A stretch of 64,000 bases of DNA. Source: Glaucostegus cemiculus (lineage: Eukaryota). The DNA lies in assembly GCA_976551045.1 (NCBI GenBank), contig CDPCPM010000410.1:1612001-1676000 (forward strand). Reading direction: 5' to 3'. Within the stretch, counting starts at the first letter, position 1, and the number at the start of each line of letters is the position of its first letter. Position numbers and translations under genes: made by a program. Below, piece after piece: positions 36,915-50,388 of this stretch. The notes under the pieces were generated by a model. The model saw only the letters and a program-made list of their open reading frames with translations. It was not told the origin of the DNA and made no database searches.

Positions 36915-37220
36915 AATTGGTAATTGGTTTATTATTGTCACATGTACCGAGGTACAGTGAAAAACTTTGTTTTGCCTGCCATCCACACTGGTCATTTCAT
37001 CACATGTACATTGAGGTGGTACAAGGGAAAAGCAATAACAAAATGTCAAATATAGTGTTATAGTTACAGAGAAGTGCAGTGCAGGCAGACAATAAGGTGC
37101 AAGGCCATGATGAGGTAGACTGTGAGGTCAGGAATCCATCTTATTGTACAAGAGGTCTGTTCAATAGACATAATTGTGGGATAAAAGTTGTCCTTGAGCC
37201 TGGTGGTACGTGTTTTGAGA
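36915..37220 (-). mobile_element. Rex1/Babar-type LINE 3' UTR
   Basis: attggtaattggtttattattgtcacatgtaccgaggtacagtgaaaaact...ccttgagcctggtggtacgtg; reverse complement of 9260-9560. Confidence 0.85.
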
Positions 37221-38424
37221 GACTGCACAGTAAGTTATTGTAAATTATCTGGTACTTTCCTGGATTCCTCACATTCATTTCCCTCCACTGGAACTAATGG
37301 ACTTGCTGTTCCTGTGCAAATTTCAGCATGCAGATTTCCCAGAGTAGCTGCTGTGAAATTGCCCTGAGTTTAAGATTGAGAAATTGCCAACAGAGAGTGG
37401 CCAGCAAATTTAGGACTTGTGCATTTGGGCAGGAATCCCAAACTTGATAGCACTAATGTGGAGAAATGCCAATAATTTCCAGTAAATTCTGGCCCAAGAA
37501 ATGTTTGTTATTGCAGGTTTAACATCTTTTCTATTAATGTGAATATACTTTTGTACTTGTATGTTTTTCCTACAGTCTTTGACAATGTAACATTGTAATT
37601 GAAATATGTGTTGAATAGTTTTAAGATTTGCTTGAGATACATCACATATTTAAACTTCAGATCAGTTATACTTAAGTGGATTATTTAATAAAAAAGCAGA
37701 ACAAGTATCCTAAATTGTGTGAAAAACAAAAGAATCAACAAAATTGATGTCAGTATTTCTATAATGAAGCAATTCCATTTGAGGGGCCCAGTTAAGGTAC
37801 TGTAACATTGAAAATCCCCTCCAGTGATGGAAGGATAATTTTATGAGAAAGAAGTCTCTACACTACAGACATTTTCTATAATACACACTAACAGCAATTT
37901 CCTGACATTTATACTGTGCTGTGCATAAATAGTGACAAGGAGAATCAATATTCAGAAGCAGAAGGAATGGTTAATCTCAAACATCTGCTTAGGTTTAACT
38001 AGTCTGAGAAACTGACAGAATTTTTTTAAACCTGTATCTATTGGCATTCAGATATTATAGACTTACTTTGCATGTAATTTACTGGTGAAAGACAGTGAAA
38101 AACTACACTTTCATGTGTCTTTGTTATTTATTAGAAAGGTTTTACATTATTTGTGACATATAAAGGAATTACTCAGTCTAATAATAATTAAAGCAATTAT
38201 ATGAGCTGCAATTCAACTTTTACATATAATTCTATAAAGTTTTTGTTTTAAAATTTTGATTTTCCTTTCATATAAAGTACACATGACACTTAAGATGAAA
38301 AATACTTGTATCTTGTATGATGACTGGAAGACAGGTCATTAAACAACATCCAATCTTAAGGGACTGTGTCTCCAATCCCAGCAATTATCACAGCTCAGCA
38401 ATAACTTTCCAAGATAATTATGAA

Positions 38425-38790
38425 TAAGCATAAGAAACTGGAGCAGGAGTAGGCCACTTGGTCCTTGGAGCTTACTCTGCCATTCATCAGTATCACAGCT
38501 GATCTTTGACCTGCCCTATCCCTACGTCCCTTGAATCCTGTAATATCCAAAATTCTATCAATCTCTATTTTGAATTAATTCAGTGACTAAACCTCCACAG
38601 CACTCCAGCACAGAGAGTTCCAAAGATTAACCGCCCTCTGTGTTAAGACTTTTATTTCGTCTCAATTCTAAATTGGCCTACCCTTTATTCTGAGCCTGAT
38701 CTCTAGTTCCAAACTCTTCAGCCAGGGTATCCAATGAGTCAAGTTTCAACCAGATCTTCTCTCATACTTCTTAACTCTAGAGAACACAAA
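38425..38790 (-). mobile_element. CR1 3' fragment
   Basis: cataagaaactggagcaggagtaggccac...gagagttccaaagatt. Confidence 0.75.
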
Positions 38791-39059
38791 CATATGACTG
38801 CCATTCTTTCTGTGAAGGCATGGCTGGGAAACAGCATGGGCCTTTATCAGAAAAGCAGGCAGTAATGCATGGAAGGCCTGCCCAGGTGCTCTTTAAAGGA
38901 ATAATCCTTTACCTGGGCAACAGTTGCAGAATATATTACAAAGACAACAGGGGGTTCTTCTCCAGAGAGACGATAATAGCTTTTTGTGTGTTGGACCACA
39001 CTTCTTAGCATTTTGAAGCTGAGGCCTTTTACTTTCTTTGCTACAATGGGGAGGGTGGG

Positions 39060-40055
39060 GAGAGACAGTGAGTCTGCTTCAACATTTGCCAACCTACTAT
39101 TCATATTGGGTGACTCAAAGCCACCCCCCTGCATTTAGTGCTCACAAGGTAGTCTCCTCTACAATGGGGAAACCAAATGCAGATTAGTGAAAGCCCTGCA
39201 TTCAGCTGGCAGGAGTGACCTTAAGTTTCCTTAATTAACTTTAATTAACCATCCTACTCTGACCTTTCTGTCTTTGGTCTCCTGCACTGTTCCAAAGAGG
39301 CTCAATGCAAGTTTGAAGAAGAACACCCCATCATCCATCTGGGCACATTGCAGTTTTCTGGACTCAACAGTGAATTCTCAAACTAAATAATTCACTCTCT
39401 CTTTCTGTCTGCATCAGAAACTTCTATTTCTCCCTGTCATAATTTTGGTTCAGTTTTTTGTATAGTCTGCCCTGCTGGCCGTGTCCCACAGCCTTACCAC
39501 TTAAGATAAGATATTTATTTATTAGGCACATGTACATTGAAACACACAGTGAAATGCATCTTTTTGCATTACTGAGAATGCGCTGGGGGCAGCCCTCAAA
39601 TGTCGCTGCTCTTCTGGTGCCACCATAATGTGTCCACAGCTCCTAACCTGTACGTCTTTGGAATATGGGAGGAAACCGGAGCACACAGAGAAGACCCACG
39701 CAGACACGGGGAGAATGTATAAACTTCTTACAGACAGCGGCCAGAATTGAACCCAGGTTGCTGGCACTGTAATAATCTTATGCTAACCACTACACTCCAC
39801 ATTACATAGACAAAGAAGCTTAATGTGCTTGTAACTGCTCCAATTAACCCACCTGCACTAACCCTATCAGAGATAATCAGTTTGATCTACCCATCCCCCT
39901 CCTTGACCTCTGCCCAACTAAAAACTAACTTGTCTTCTTCTCTCAGTTCTGACACAAAGTCTCAGATTGAAATGTTAGGTGTTTTTCTTTCCACAAATAT
40001 GTCTGACTTGCTGAGGGTTTCCAGTATTTTATATATTTATTTTTAATTTCCAGAT
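39060..40055 (+). mobile_element. Penelope-like element 3' part (GIY-YIG remnant plus end), interrupted by a V-SINE
   Basis: ctcctctacaatggggaaaccaaatgcagatta (LLYNGETKCRL, cf. LLYIGETKRRL); gcaagtttgaagaagaacacc (cf. RKLEEQH); terminal ctgacttgctgagggtttccag. Confidence 0.75.
39502..39800 (-). mobile_element. V-SINE, full length, Rex1-type tail
   Basis: Collinear with 268-569, including the taagataaga tail and B box. Confidence 0.88.
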
Positions 40056-42304
40056 ACCTCAATTAAGTTACATAATCAAATTATATTTACAGATAATGCA
40101 GACAGTGTTAATTTTCTGCACCACGAGTAAAGCTGTGTGAAAAACACAGGCAGCTTTCCGTTCAAGACCCTGGTCATACATATGTTGATTGAATAAACTA
40201 GCTGCTTCTGTTTTCAATTAGTTCCTTAAACAAATGCTTCTTCAAAGAGAGTAGAGACCCAAAGTTGGAAATCAAAGCATTTTAAGTTTGGGTGTGAACC
40301 CCATTAGAAGCAAGAAAATCTGTCATCTGAATATTGAGTGGGCCAATTGGTTAGAAAGGGGCGAGGGGGTTGGGATACAAACGTGGTCATTCAACTGAAG
40401 TATTTTTTGTGGAGCACTTCTTCTGGCCCCACAGAAATTTGCCGAAACAAATTCTTGCCCTTAATTAGTTACCAAATATGCAACCATGTACCTCAAAATT
40501 ACAAATGGTGCTGTATGGTCAAAGTACTACATCTACTTGCTTAAGTACTCTCACTGGAGATAGACAGATGTAGTACTAACCATTCAAGGGCCTATTTAAA
40601 AATTGCATCATGAGGTGTCAAAGGGTGGCTGCAGTGACCCATCTAATTTTCCGCAGCTAATCATCTGCTTTACAGAATTCTAGCTGCCCCATTTTAACAT
40701 CATTGCAAAAGAAGTGTACACTGCATAGCATAGCTATAAGCATAGATAGGACAGAATTACTATTTAAAACCACAAAGTATCTGAAAAAATTCTACAATTT
40801 ACAATAAAATTATGTGCATAAAATAACTTTTATGTAATTATCATTTTGTACAAATTCTGATTATAAATGGTGCAAATTCAAACAATTTCCAATCCAAAAG
40901 GCACCACTGCAAATAATAATTTTGTAGATCTGCAGATCTACGGAAGCTGGAGGCATTGAATTAACAAGAAATATTTACAAAGGCAGTTTTAAGCTATCTA
41001 AAGTAAGATTTGTCTTTGAGAATAGATACAATGAAGCATTAAATCTACATAGAATCCATTATGTTGTTTTATCATATAAATTAAAAATCGTCTGTGCAAA
41101 ACAGAAATCTTTTTAAGGTATGTACCTTATGATGACTTTCTTTAAACTGGGACATATGTAACTGCGACATCAGAAATTTTGCTTGGCATACAACAAACAG
41201 GAGTTAAGAGGGATGAACTTTATTATTTATTTGCTTCTTCAGATTCCACCCTTAAGAACAACTCGTTTACTCAATAGAACAAAACATTTGAAAATCTTGT
41301 AAACCAATCTTGTAAAGCAAGATCCTTTTCAGGGTTAGTAATAGAAGTGCAAGGAGAAAAGTTTATTTTACCCCCCCACCCAAAAAAATATTAGAATATG
41401 GAATATAACATGTTAAATGGTAGCTAGAGTTATATCAACCACAGCAAATGGTTGTTAACAAATGGGAAACAGATTCTTCGGAAAATTCATAGGGAGAGGG
41501 AAAGGACAGAGAGATGGAATTACAATAGATGATTCCAAACTATAACTAGCCCATAGACAATGGGTTGAATGGCCTCTTTTGAATTTTTGAAATCTGTGAT
41601 TCTTTGGAAGTTCTTTTGACACTCTGTAACTTTCTGTTTTGTTTTAGCTCATTATTCAATGTTGAACTGACATTCCAGATACACACTGCAGACAGAATCC
41701 AGACAGAACAGCCTCTCAATACACTAAAAGATTTTTTTTCTGAGATAGTAAAGGTGCTGCAATATTAATGTTCTGTCATAGATTTCAGTTACATTGCAGA
41801 TTATACATTCATAATACGTTTCAAGTAGGAACTAACTTAGAATGACTAAGCAAATTGCTACTATAATTTTTGTGTCATCTGTGCATATAATTTACAAAAA
41901 CCTAACAATAACAAGGGTACCAGAGTGCTGGAAGAGACAGAACAAGGAGATTTCATTGTGAAAGCTGTAGCATTTACTGACAAAAGCAAGTGACAATAAA
42001 TACATTGGAAACATTTATGCTGCACTGGATGCAATGCTGCTGCACTGATGTGTTTAAAACCTTTGTCCACACAACTCCAAAACCTGATCTGTGAAATAAA
42101 TGGTGTACACACTTTGACACATATCTTCTGGCTATTCCCAAAACTAGCCTTCCCCGTTCCTATTGGAGGAAATTAAAAAGGTACTGGGAAGGATCACTGT
42201 GCTGGGACAAGTAGGCATGAAGTCCACTTAATATTGGGGCCTCAGGCCTCCTTTACAAGACATCAGCAAGCTGAAAAGAAGAACTACCAGGCTAATCTCA
42301 AATT

Positions 42305-43215
42305 CTTGCACTTGACCTCTAGCCCTGCAAATGCATGGCTAGAAATCCATAGCTCTTTAAGTACACATCTGTACTTTTTAAATATGATGAAGGTCTCTAC
42401 CTCTACCACCCTTTCAAGTAGTGAACTCTAGACTCTGAGAGCCTTTCCTCAACTCCCTTCTAATCCTTCTATCAAGTTTATGCCCCCTTGTTTTTGACTC
42501 CTCAGCAAAGGGAAATAGATCCTTTTTACTAACTTTGTCAAGGCACTTCGTTATTTTATACACATTAATTAAGTCTCCCGTCAGCCTTCTCTCTTCCAAA
42601 GAAAACAGCACCAGTTTATCCAATCTTTTCTCATAACTAAAAATTTCCAGTTCTTTCAACATCCTTGTAAATCTCCCACAAACAGTACATCAACCCCTGC
42701 ATTATGGCAGTTTGGGTAACGGAAATTTACCACAAATCACTACCAAAGATTTTGGGATACAGAATAATTCACTCTTACAAAATTTATATGACAAAAGTAA
42801 ATAAATAAACACAAAATTTTTTTCAACTTGCATTTCTTACACGCAGATGATATGGATTAGCATTACAAACTGTTTTCTAGGAATGCATCTCCCCTTAATG
42901 CAGGCGGTTGCCTGTACTTTCCTGTAATGTGGAGGCCAGAACTGTCTGTGGAATTAAAATTGTGGCTTTAATATGTTGTATACAGTATACATGCTGTATA
43001 CAGTTGTAGCATAACTTCACTGCTCTTCAAATCCCATGTCCCAGCTAATAAAGGAAAAAGTTCTGTACACCTTTTTGACCAAATTATCTACTTATACTGC
43101 TACCTTTAAAAACTTGTTGACATACAATCCAAGATCCTCTGTTCCACCATTCTTCCCAATAGTCCTCCATTTACTGTATATTCACTTGCCTTGCGCTAGC
43201 TCTTCAAATGCATTA
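42305..43215 (-). mobile_element. Old CR1 fragments (42305-42680, 42920-43215)
   Basis: ORF 42414-42662: YEKRLDKLVLFSLEERRLTGDLINVYKI...ESKTRGHK. Confidence 0.8.
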
Positions 43216-43219
43216 GCAA

Positions 43220-43322
43220 GTTGAGTTTATTGTCATGTGCACAAGTACGCTGAGGTACAGTTACAATGAAAAACTTGCTTGCAGCAGCACAACAGGCATG
43301 TAGATTCAGACAACACACAGAG
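43220..43322 (-). mobile_element. Rex1-type LINE tail fragment
   Basis: gtttattgtcatgtgcacaagtac...tacaatgaaaaacttgcttgcagcagca; reverse complement of 15700-15770. Confidence 0.7.
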
Positions 43323-43869
43323 CCAAGTGCCCTTCTCATTTACCTCACACTTCTCTGGATTAAATACCATTTCCACTCAAGTGATCAGACCAACTACATC
43401 CTGTTGAATTCACAAGCTCTCCTCCCTGTCAGCCATTGGGATTTTTTAAATTTCAGTTTGTTTTATAGAGGCTTAAATGAATATGCAACATCTGTTTCAT
43501 TCATTTTAGGGGACTCATTTTTTTGCCTTAACCATTATAGTGAGCACATGCCCATGTATCCTATCGGATATTTAGAAGCTTGTGTCATGCTTTGACCTGG
43601 GGCATGTTTTCAAATATTTGTGCCTGCATATTGACACATCAACCTTCATCTCTTCGACCTTTTTCTTTATGGTTCCTTTGATTTTCTAACTTCTAGGCTA
43701 CACAAGCGTAACCAAGTGAACACATACTTTAAATAACTCATCATTACCAGCTAGAACTAACTCAATTTTCCACTATTTCCTTACTGCTAAAAAATTGAAT
43801 CAAATTAATGCATTTGGACTTTTTTAGATTTAGTTTTCAAACTTTTGGCATGGTTCTAACATTTCATTT

Positions 43870-44250
43870 TAATTTTTTTTCAGGATCTGGTTTGTCACTG
43901 ACAAGGTCCAATTGCCCCTTGTCAAGATGGTGGTCACACCTGATGGGCTAGCTTGGCCATCCAGAGCAGCTTGAAGAGTCAACCACATGAGTTGGGTCTG
44001 GACTTGCACGTGGGCCAGACCATTAAGGATACAGATCTTCTCTCCTGAAGAAAATTAGTGAACTAAATGGGTTTTTATAACAATCTGGTAGGATTTTGTG
44101 CTTCATCATTCCTGGGGAAAGTTGTTGTGCTTCTAAATTCCAGATTATTAACTGAATTTAAATTCTACAGTTGCCATGGTGGATATGGATTCAGACCTCT
44201 CAATTATTATTCCCTGCCTCTGGATCACTAATCTTGTTACTTAACTGTTC
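43870..44250 (-). mobile_element. Old SINE family copy
   Basis: Similar to 30375-30720 (gagtcaaccacat...gggtctgg...attagtgaac...taactgaatttaaattc...gccatggtgg). Confidence 0.65.
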
Positions 44251-44384
44251 TCCATGACTGATCCTCTAATGCTGCATGAGCAGCAGATAATTTGTCTGGA
44301 GACTGTTTTCCCTTTGCCAGAGATGTTTACATTTACTCCCAAGATAGTTAATTCTACTTCTGGAAGTTGTAATCAGAGGAAAAG

Positions 44385-44700
44385 GGATAGGGAAGCTAGT
44401 GGTGCACTTAGATTTTCAGAAGGCCTTCAATAAGATGCCACAGATGAGGCTATTAAACAAAATTATAGCACATGCGATTGGTGGTAATACGCCGGTGTGG
44501 ATTGAGGACGGGATAACGGACAAAAAACTTAAAAGTTGGGCTAAAGGTTTGATTCTACTGTTGGGAAGTTGTGAGCTATTGCAAGTATTTGGAGCTGGGG
44601 CCCCAGATATTAACAATCTGTAACAACAGTTTGGATGAGGGCATCAAATGTAATATATTCAAGTTTGGTGATGATAAAAAGCTGTGTGGCACTATGAATG
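44385..44700 (+). mobile_element. Old CR1 RT fragment
   Basis: VHLDFQKAFNKMP...RLLNKIIAHAIGG; KFGDD remnant near 44660. Confidence 0.8.
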
Positions 44701-44984
44701 GTACTCTATTGAATCACCACAGAACATGTTACAATGTCATGTTCATGTAATACAAGTTTTTAATGTTATTATTCATCACTGCCTGTTGGTCTCCCTCAAT
44801 TTGCAGTACTCATATTAAAGGCCATGTTAAGGTCACTGCACTTAAGACAAGAATTTACATTTAGATATAATTTATTTTCTTATGATGCTTTAAAATGAAT
44901 CATAGACAATTATTTCTGTACTGTAGTCATCTTTTGTTAAGCTGACAAACACATCAACCAATCTGTTTGTAGGATGTCCCCAGA

Positions 44985-45255
44985 AACAACAATCAGGATG
45001 AATCTGCTTTGGTGATGTAAGCCAACACATCAAGAAAACCCTTTGACTTTGCGCACCCTCATCCCCCCCAAAATAATGCCATAAGTTTTTTGAGATCATT
45101 GGAACTGGCTGATTGAGCCTCTGCTTTGCATCTCAACCAGAAGACCACATATCTCCTTCGCTGATGCAAAAGCTTGCATTACATTCTCAAGTCATGTAAT
45201 GGGACATGAACCCACACTTTTTGACTGAGTGGTGAGTGTGCCACTGCTGAGAACA
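44985..45255 (-). mobile_element. Old DeuSINE/SacSINE1-like fragment
   Basis: aataatgccataag...ctcaagtc...gggacatgaacccacactttttgactgagtggtgagtgtgccactgctgag (tRNA-like head in reverse); similar copy at 50700-51015. Confidence 0.5.
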
Positions 45256-45861
45256 AGCTGATTCACAGAAGTATTGTGCTAATGTCAACATACTGTAAGA
45301 ACTCAACTCCTCAAAGCAGTTGAAAAATAGACAATATTGGAACATTCTTTAGCTCAGGCACTATCTGTGGAGAGATCTGTTTATCTATATTGAGTGAAAT
45401 GCTAACATTTCATTTTCTGTTTTCATATGTTTTTCAGCATCTATAATAAACGTGTATGACAAATCAGAAGAACTGCTTTAGCCTCTCAGATCTTCTGTCC
45501 AGTGCAGAGTTTAAGATATGCATATGACTCATTGGGTCAGGAGGACAGCTTAACATGAAAGTTTAAAGAGGCTCTTCTGCAAATATAATTGTAGTGAAAG
45601 TGTTGCTCTTTCACCACTGGAGGAGGAAGTGCAAAAAAAAGTGAAGATTCAGAAAACTGAAATACAGACCACTGACCTGCAATGATCCATTTCTCTCTCC
45701 TCAGATGTTTTCTGACCTGCTGAGCATTTCAAGTTGTATCTCTAGCTGCAGAAGTTCCACCCAGGAAATTAAGTGTTTTGGCATGTCTTTACTGTATTAA
45801 GGGTGCTATGTAAATATAAGTCATTGTTTATGTTGTGAATCTAGTAGTAGAGTGTTAAATC

Positions 45862-47751
45862 TACTAAGAGGATACTAAGAGTTTTTTAAGGATACTAAGA
45901 GTTTTTTTAAATATATAAGAAGCAAAAGAGAGACACGGGTTGATATAGGACCGATAGAAAATGAGGCGGGAGAGATTATTATGGATGATAAAGAGATGGC
46001 GGAGGTGCTAAATCAGTATTTTGCGTCGGTCTTCACGGTAGAAGATATTAACAATATACCGGTTAGTCAAGGGTCTCGAGGGACGGAATTAAGGACAGTT
46101 AAGGTTACGAGAGAGAAAGTGTTGGGGAAGCTGAATGGGTTAAAGACTGATAAGTCTCCGGGACCAGATGAGATACATCCCCGTGTACTGAAGGAAGTAG
46201 CTCTAGAAATAGTGGAGGCATTAGTGATAATTTTTCAGGAATCGATAGACGCTGGAGAGGTGCCGGAGGACTGGAGGGTTGCGAATGTAGTTCCATTGTA
46301 TAAGAAAGGTGGGAGACAGCACAAAGGAAATTACAGACCTATCAGTCTTACATCTGTGGTGGGGAAGATACTAGAATCGATCCTCAAGGATGAGGTGATG
46401 GGATACATGGAGGTGCAAGGCAAGATAGGTCCTAGTCAACATGGGTTCGTGAAGGGAAGATCCTGCCTGACCAATTTATTGGAGTTTTTTGAAGAAATCT
46501 CATGCAGGGTGGACAAGGGAGAGGCCGTAGATGTAGTGTATTTAGACTTTCAGAAGGCATTCGACAAGGTGCCGCACAAAAGACTAATTAGTAAGATGAG
46601 AGATCACGGAATAACTGGCAGGATAACAGAATGGGTGGAGAGTTGGCTGGATGGCAGGAAACAGAGGGTGGGAATAAAAGGATCGAGTTCTGGTTGGCTG
46701 CCGGTTACTAGTGGTGTTCCGCAGGGGTCGGTGTTGGGGCCCCTTCTTTTTACCTTGTATATTAATGATTTAGACGAAGGAGTTAATGGGTTTGTGGCCA
46801 AGTTTGCAGATGACACTAAGACTGGGGGGGGGGGGAGTGGAGAGTATTGAGGAGACAGGAAAGTTACAGAGAGACTTGGATAGTCTAGGAGAATGGGCGA
46901 AGAAATGGCAGATGAGGTTCAACGTGGAAAAATGTGCAGTTGTACACTTCGGAAGTAGAAATGGAAGGGCAGACTATTATCTAGAAGGAGATAAAACTGG
47001 AAGCACAGAAGTACAAAGGGACTTAGGGGTGCTCGTACAGGATAACCTAAAGGTTAACCGCCAGGTTGGATCGGCAGTAAGGAAAGCAAATGCTATGTTG
47101 GCATTTATTTCAAGGGGTATAGTATATAAAAGCAAGGAAGTGTTGATGAGGCTATACGGGGCACTGGTGAGGCCTCACTTGGAGTACTGTGTGCAGTTTT
47201 GGGCCCCATACCTTAGGAAGGATGTGCTGATGTTGGAGAGGGTTCAGAGGAGATTTACTAGGATGATTCCTGGGATGAAAAAGTTTACATATGATGAGTG
47301 ACTGTCGTCACTTGGACTGTACTCGTTGGAGTACAGAAGAATGAGAGGGGACCTAATAGAAACGTACAGGATGTTGAAAGGAATGGACCAAGTGAATGTG
47401 GTCAAGCTGTTTCCCTTGGTGGGGGAATCCAGGACTAGAGGACACAAACTTAGAATTAGAGGAAGCAGGTTCAAAACAGAGATAAGGAGGAATTTCTTTA
47501 GCCAGAGGGTGGTGAACCTGTGGAACTCCTTACCACAGAAAGCAGTGGAAGCCAGATCATTGGGGATATTCAAGAAGGAAATAGATAGATATCTAATTGA
47601 TCAAGGTATCAAGGGATATGGAGATAAGGCAGGGATTTGGACTTAGAATAGTAGGTTTTTTTTTCCTTAACCTCTTTTTTTCCCCACCCTCTCTTCCCTT
47701 TGGAGCAGACTCGATGGGCCGACTGGCCTGCTTCTGCTGCATTATCTTGTG
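45862..47751 (+). mobile_element. Young 5'-truncated CR1-type LINE (RT domain, C-terminus and 3' UTR)
   Basis: KSPGPDEIHPRVLKE, NYRPISLTS, QHGF, YLDFQKAFDKVPH, SGVPQGSVLGP, FADD. Frameshift at the G12 run 46824-46835, TGA at 47299-47301. Candidate TSD aaatc (45857-45861, 47752-47756). Confidence 0.97.
45981..47646 (+). pseudogene. CR1 ORF2 reverse transcriptase (ORFs 45981-46850, 46786-47301, 47326-47646)
   Basis: Three consecutive ORFs reconstitute a non-LTR RT domain and C-terminus with only two disablements. Confidence 0.93.
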
Positions 47752-48899
47752 AAATCAATAACCTCAGGAGGAAAGCAAACACAGATATACTGGTCACATT
47801 TACAAAAGTGTTAGATCTGGAGATGATGTTGTCCAGAAGGTTCTTTGGAAGTCAAGAATGAGGTGCAGATCTTATGGTTATAGCATTTTATTAGATGTTC
47901 ATCATACTGTAGTACAGGTCAGTCAGGGTAAGCAAGGCAGTAAAAAGTAACAAAGAGCTTGACTACCTGCTCTTCCTTTATACTGCAAACCATTCTGAAC
48001 TGGTTTAGATAAGGAGACCAGTGAACAGGTACTGACTGAGCCACACTTCAGCTCTGCAGACAAAGAAGCTACAAAAATGTAGAACCAAATATACTACAAG
48101 TTACTAAAAGTTTACTGATAAACAGGTGATTGTACAAGCATATAAGCAAGTGTAATGAAAGCTAAAACTACAAGGAAAAACACAATAAAAACAACAATCT
48201 GGACCCTAATCCAACAAAAGTTATGTATTATCTATTCCATATGAATTGCAATCTAAGCCCAATGTCTGGGGCTCGAAATTTAACTATTTGAATTCATATT
48301 TTTTATTTAAGTTTGTGGATTTGAACTAAACCTTGACAACGTTATTGAATTGGAGGAGACACCATTATTTTTTCTTACATTACACCATGCCAGCCATTCT
48401 CAGATCCTTGCTCAATTGTAAATTTAAACATTAAATATTATTATTGAGGAAGGGGGAGGGGCTTAGGTACAGTGTTCCAAAAAGCTGTTAAATAGGTTTA
48501 AATAAAAAAAGTTAGTTTTGCTATGTAGAATATCATGTCTTTTCTTTGAACATAAATATGCTGCCATGCTTCACTATTTATGATGTTTATATAACCAATC
48601 TCACAGATCTCAACCCAGAGATGATATATTTGACTGTATTTTACATTTCCAAGAGGTCCCATATTTATAGTCAGCAGGACAGTTTTGGCATAACAAGCAT
48701 TGTAACAATGATGTATTACAATCTAGAAAAATAAACACAAATGCACTTTCCTGCATCTTCTGCTTTTTCATTCTGATAACTAATAACAACCAAATAGACC
48801 ACTACAATGTTGGAAACTGAGAAACAGCTTGCTGATTTCCTTCTATCTAGAATAGTGCTTATGTGGAACATGTATTTTGCTAATGCTTGTTACACATAA

Positions 48900-49380
48900 G
48901 CACTACCCTTTGTGTGAAAAACTTACCCCTCAGATCTCAATTAAATTTCTCCCCCTCACCTTAAACCTGTGTGCTCTAGTTCCAGACTCCCTTGCCGTAT
49001 GAAAAAGACTGACCATCTATGCCCCTTATTACATTATAAGCTATAAGGTCACCCCTCAGCCTTCCAGTGAGAATAAACACAGCCTATTGAATCTCTCCTT
49101 CTAACTACAGCCCTCCATTCCTGGCAGATCTTTTCTGCACTCGCTCTATTGCTATCACGTCCTTCCTGTAGTATGGTGACTAGAACTGTATATAGTACTC
49201 CAAGTGTGGTCTAACCAATATTTTGTACAGCTGCAACATGACGTCCCAACTCTTATTCTCAATTCCACGGCCTATGGAGGCAAGTATACCAAATGCCTTC
49301 TTTACTATCTTATCCATCTGTTACTCCATTTTTAGGGAGCAATGGACTTGAACCCCAAGGTCTCTCTGTTTATCAACCAA
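48900..49380 (-). mobile_element. CR1 fragment
   Basis: tgtgtgaaaaacttacccctcagatc...gaactgtatatagtactccaagtgtggtctaacc (reverse of VRPHLEY.IQF). Confidence 0.85.
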
Positions 49381-49562
49381 TTTCTCTTCAAATATCTTTC
49401 TGACAACTTCTCGATTTTATTGTGAGGAACTGATTAGATATAACTACTAATGCATAGTCATGTTTTGATGAACTAAAAATAAGGGCAATCCAATTTCCAG
49501 GCACACATTTTCTAATAATCTTCTACGTAATAGATGTGGAATACACCACTCATCTCTAATTT

Positions 49563-50388
49563 CAGAATCAGAATCAGAATCAGAATCAGTTTTATTGTCA
49601 CAACCATATACATACATGGTACGCATAGGAGCGAGATACCGTCCTCCACAGGAACACGTCTCATAGAAAAGAATAACATAACAACCAACAGAGAGACACA
49701 TACACACTTGGCAGAATACACAGTACAAAACATTACTCATTAGTTCTTACATAAATAGATCTTAAAGTGAACGGGCTGGTGTCAGGCATTTAAAGTGCTG
49801 GTGCATTTCTGTGCACCTAGCATCTCCTAGTGTTAACAAAGGAAGATGGAGGGATGAGAGAGTTTGCAGTTCTTATGGCTTGCGGAAAGAAGCTATTGTT
49901 CAGCCTGGACGTTCTTGCCCTGATACATTTAAGCCTCCTCCCTGATGGCAAAATTGTGAAGAGGTGGTGGGAGGGGTGAGAGGGGTCGGCCATTATGCTT
50001 TTTGTCTTCCTCACACAACGGTCTTTGTATATGTCTGCGAGGGATGGAAGCGAGACACCTATGATCCACTCCGCAGCCTTAACTATCTTCTGGAGGGACT
50101 TCCGCCCAGCAGCTGAGCAGCTTCCAAACCAAACAGAGATACATTGAGTTAGGATGCTCTCAATGGTCCCCTTGTAGAAGGATTTCATGACTGAGGGGTG
50201 TGGGTACGCTTTCCTCAGTCTCCGCAGGAAGTAGAGGCGTTTCTGAGCCTTCTTCGTGAGGGCCGTAATGTTAGTGGACCAGGTCAGGTCGTCGGTGATG
50301 TGCACCCCCAGGAACTTGGTGCTGCGTACTTGTTCCACAGCAGACCCGTTGATGGTCAGCGGAGCGTGCACACGATGACCCTTCCTAA
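49563..50388 (-). mobile_element. Young 5'-truncated Rex1/Babar-type LINE with uninterrupted C-terminal ORF and (attctg)n tail
   Basis: ORF 49817-50371: KFLGVHITDDLTWS...KKAQKRLYFLRRLRK...IESILTQCISVWFG...DPSHPSHHLF..LPSGRR...SFFPQAIR. (cagaat)x4 at 49563-49588. Candidate TSD aattt (49558-49562, 50389-50393). Confidence 0.93.

Noticed and set aside
49563-49588. CRISPR or telomere-like repeats
   Set aside because: Short microsatellite tail of a LINE; no spacers, eukaryotic context.
49817-50371. ALKBH8 N-terminal (DUF1891)-like host gene
   Set aside because: This domain is the C-terminus of Rex1-type LINE proteins, and the tail and candidate TSD show a retrotransposon.
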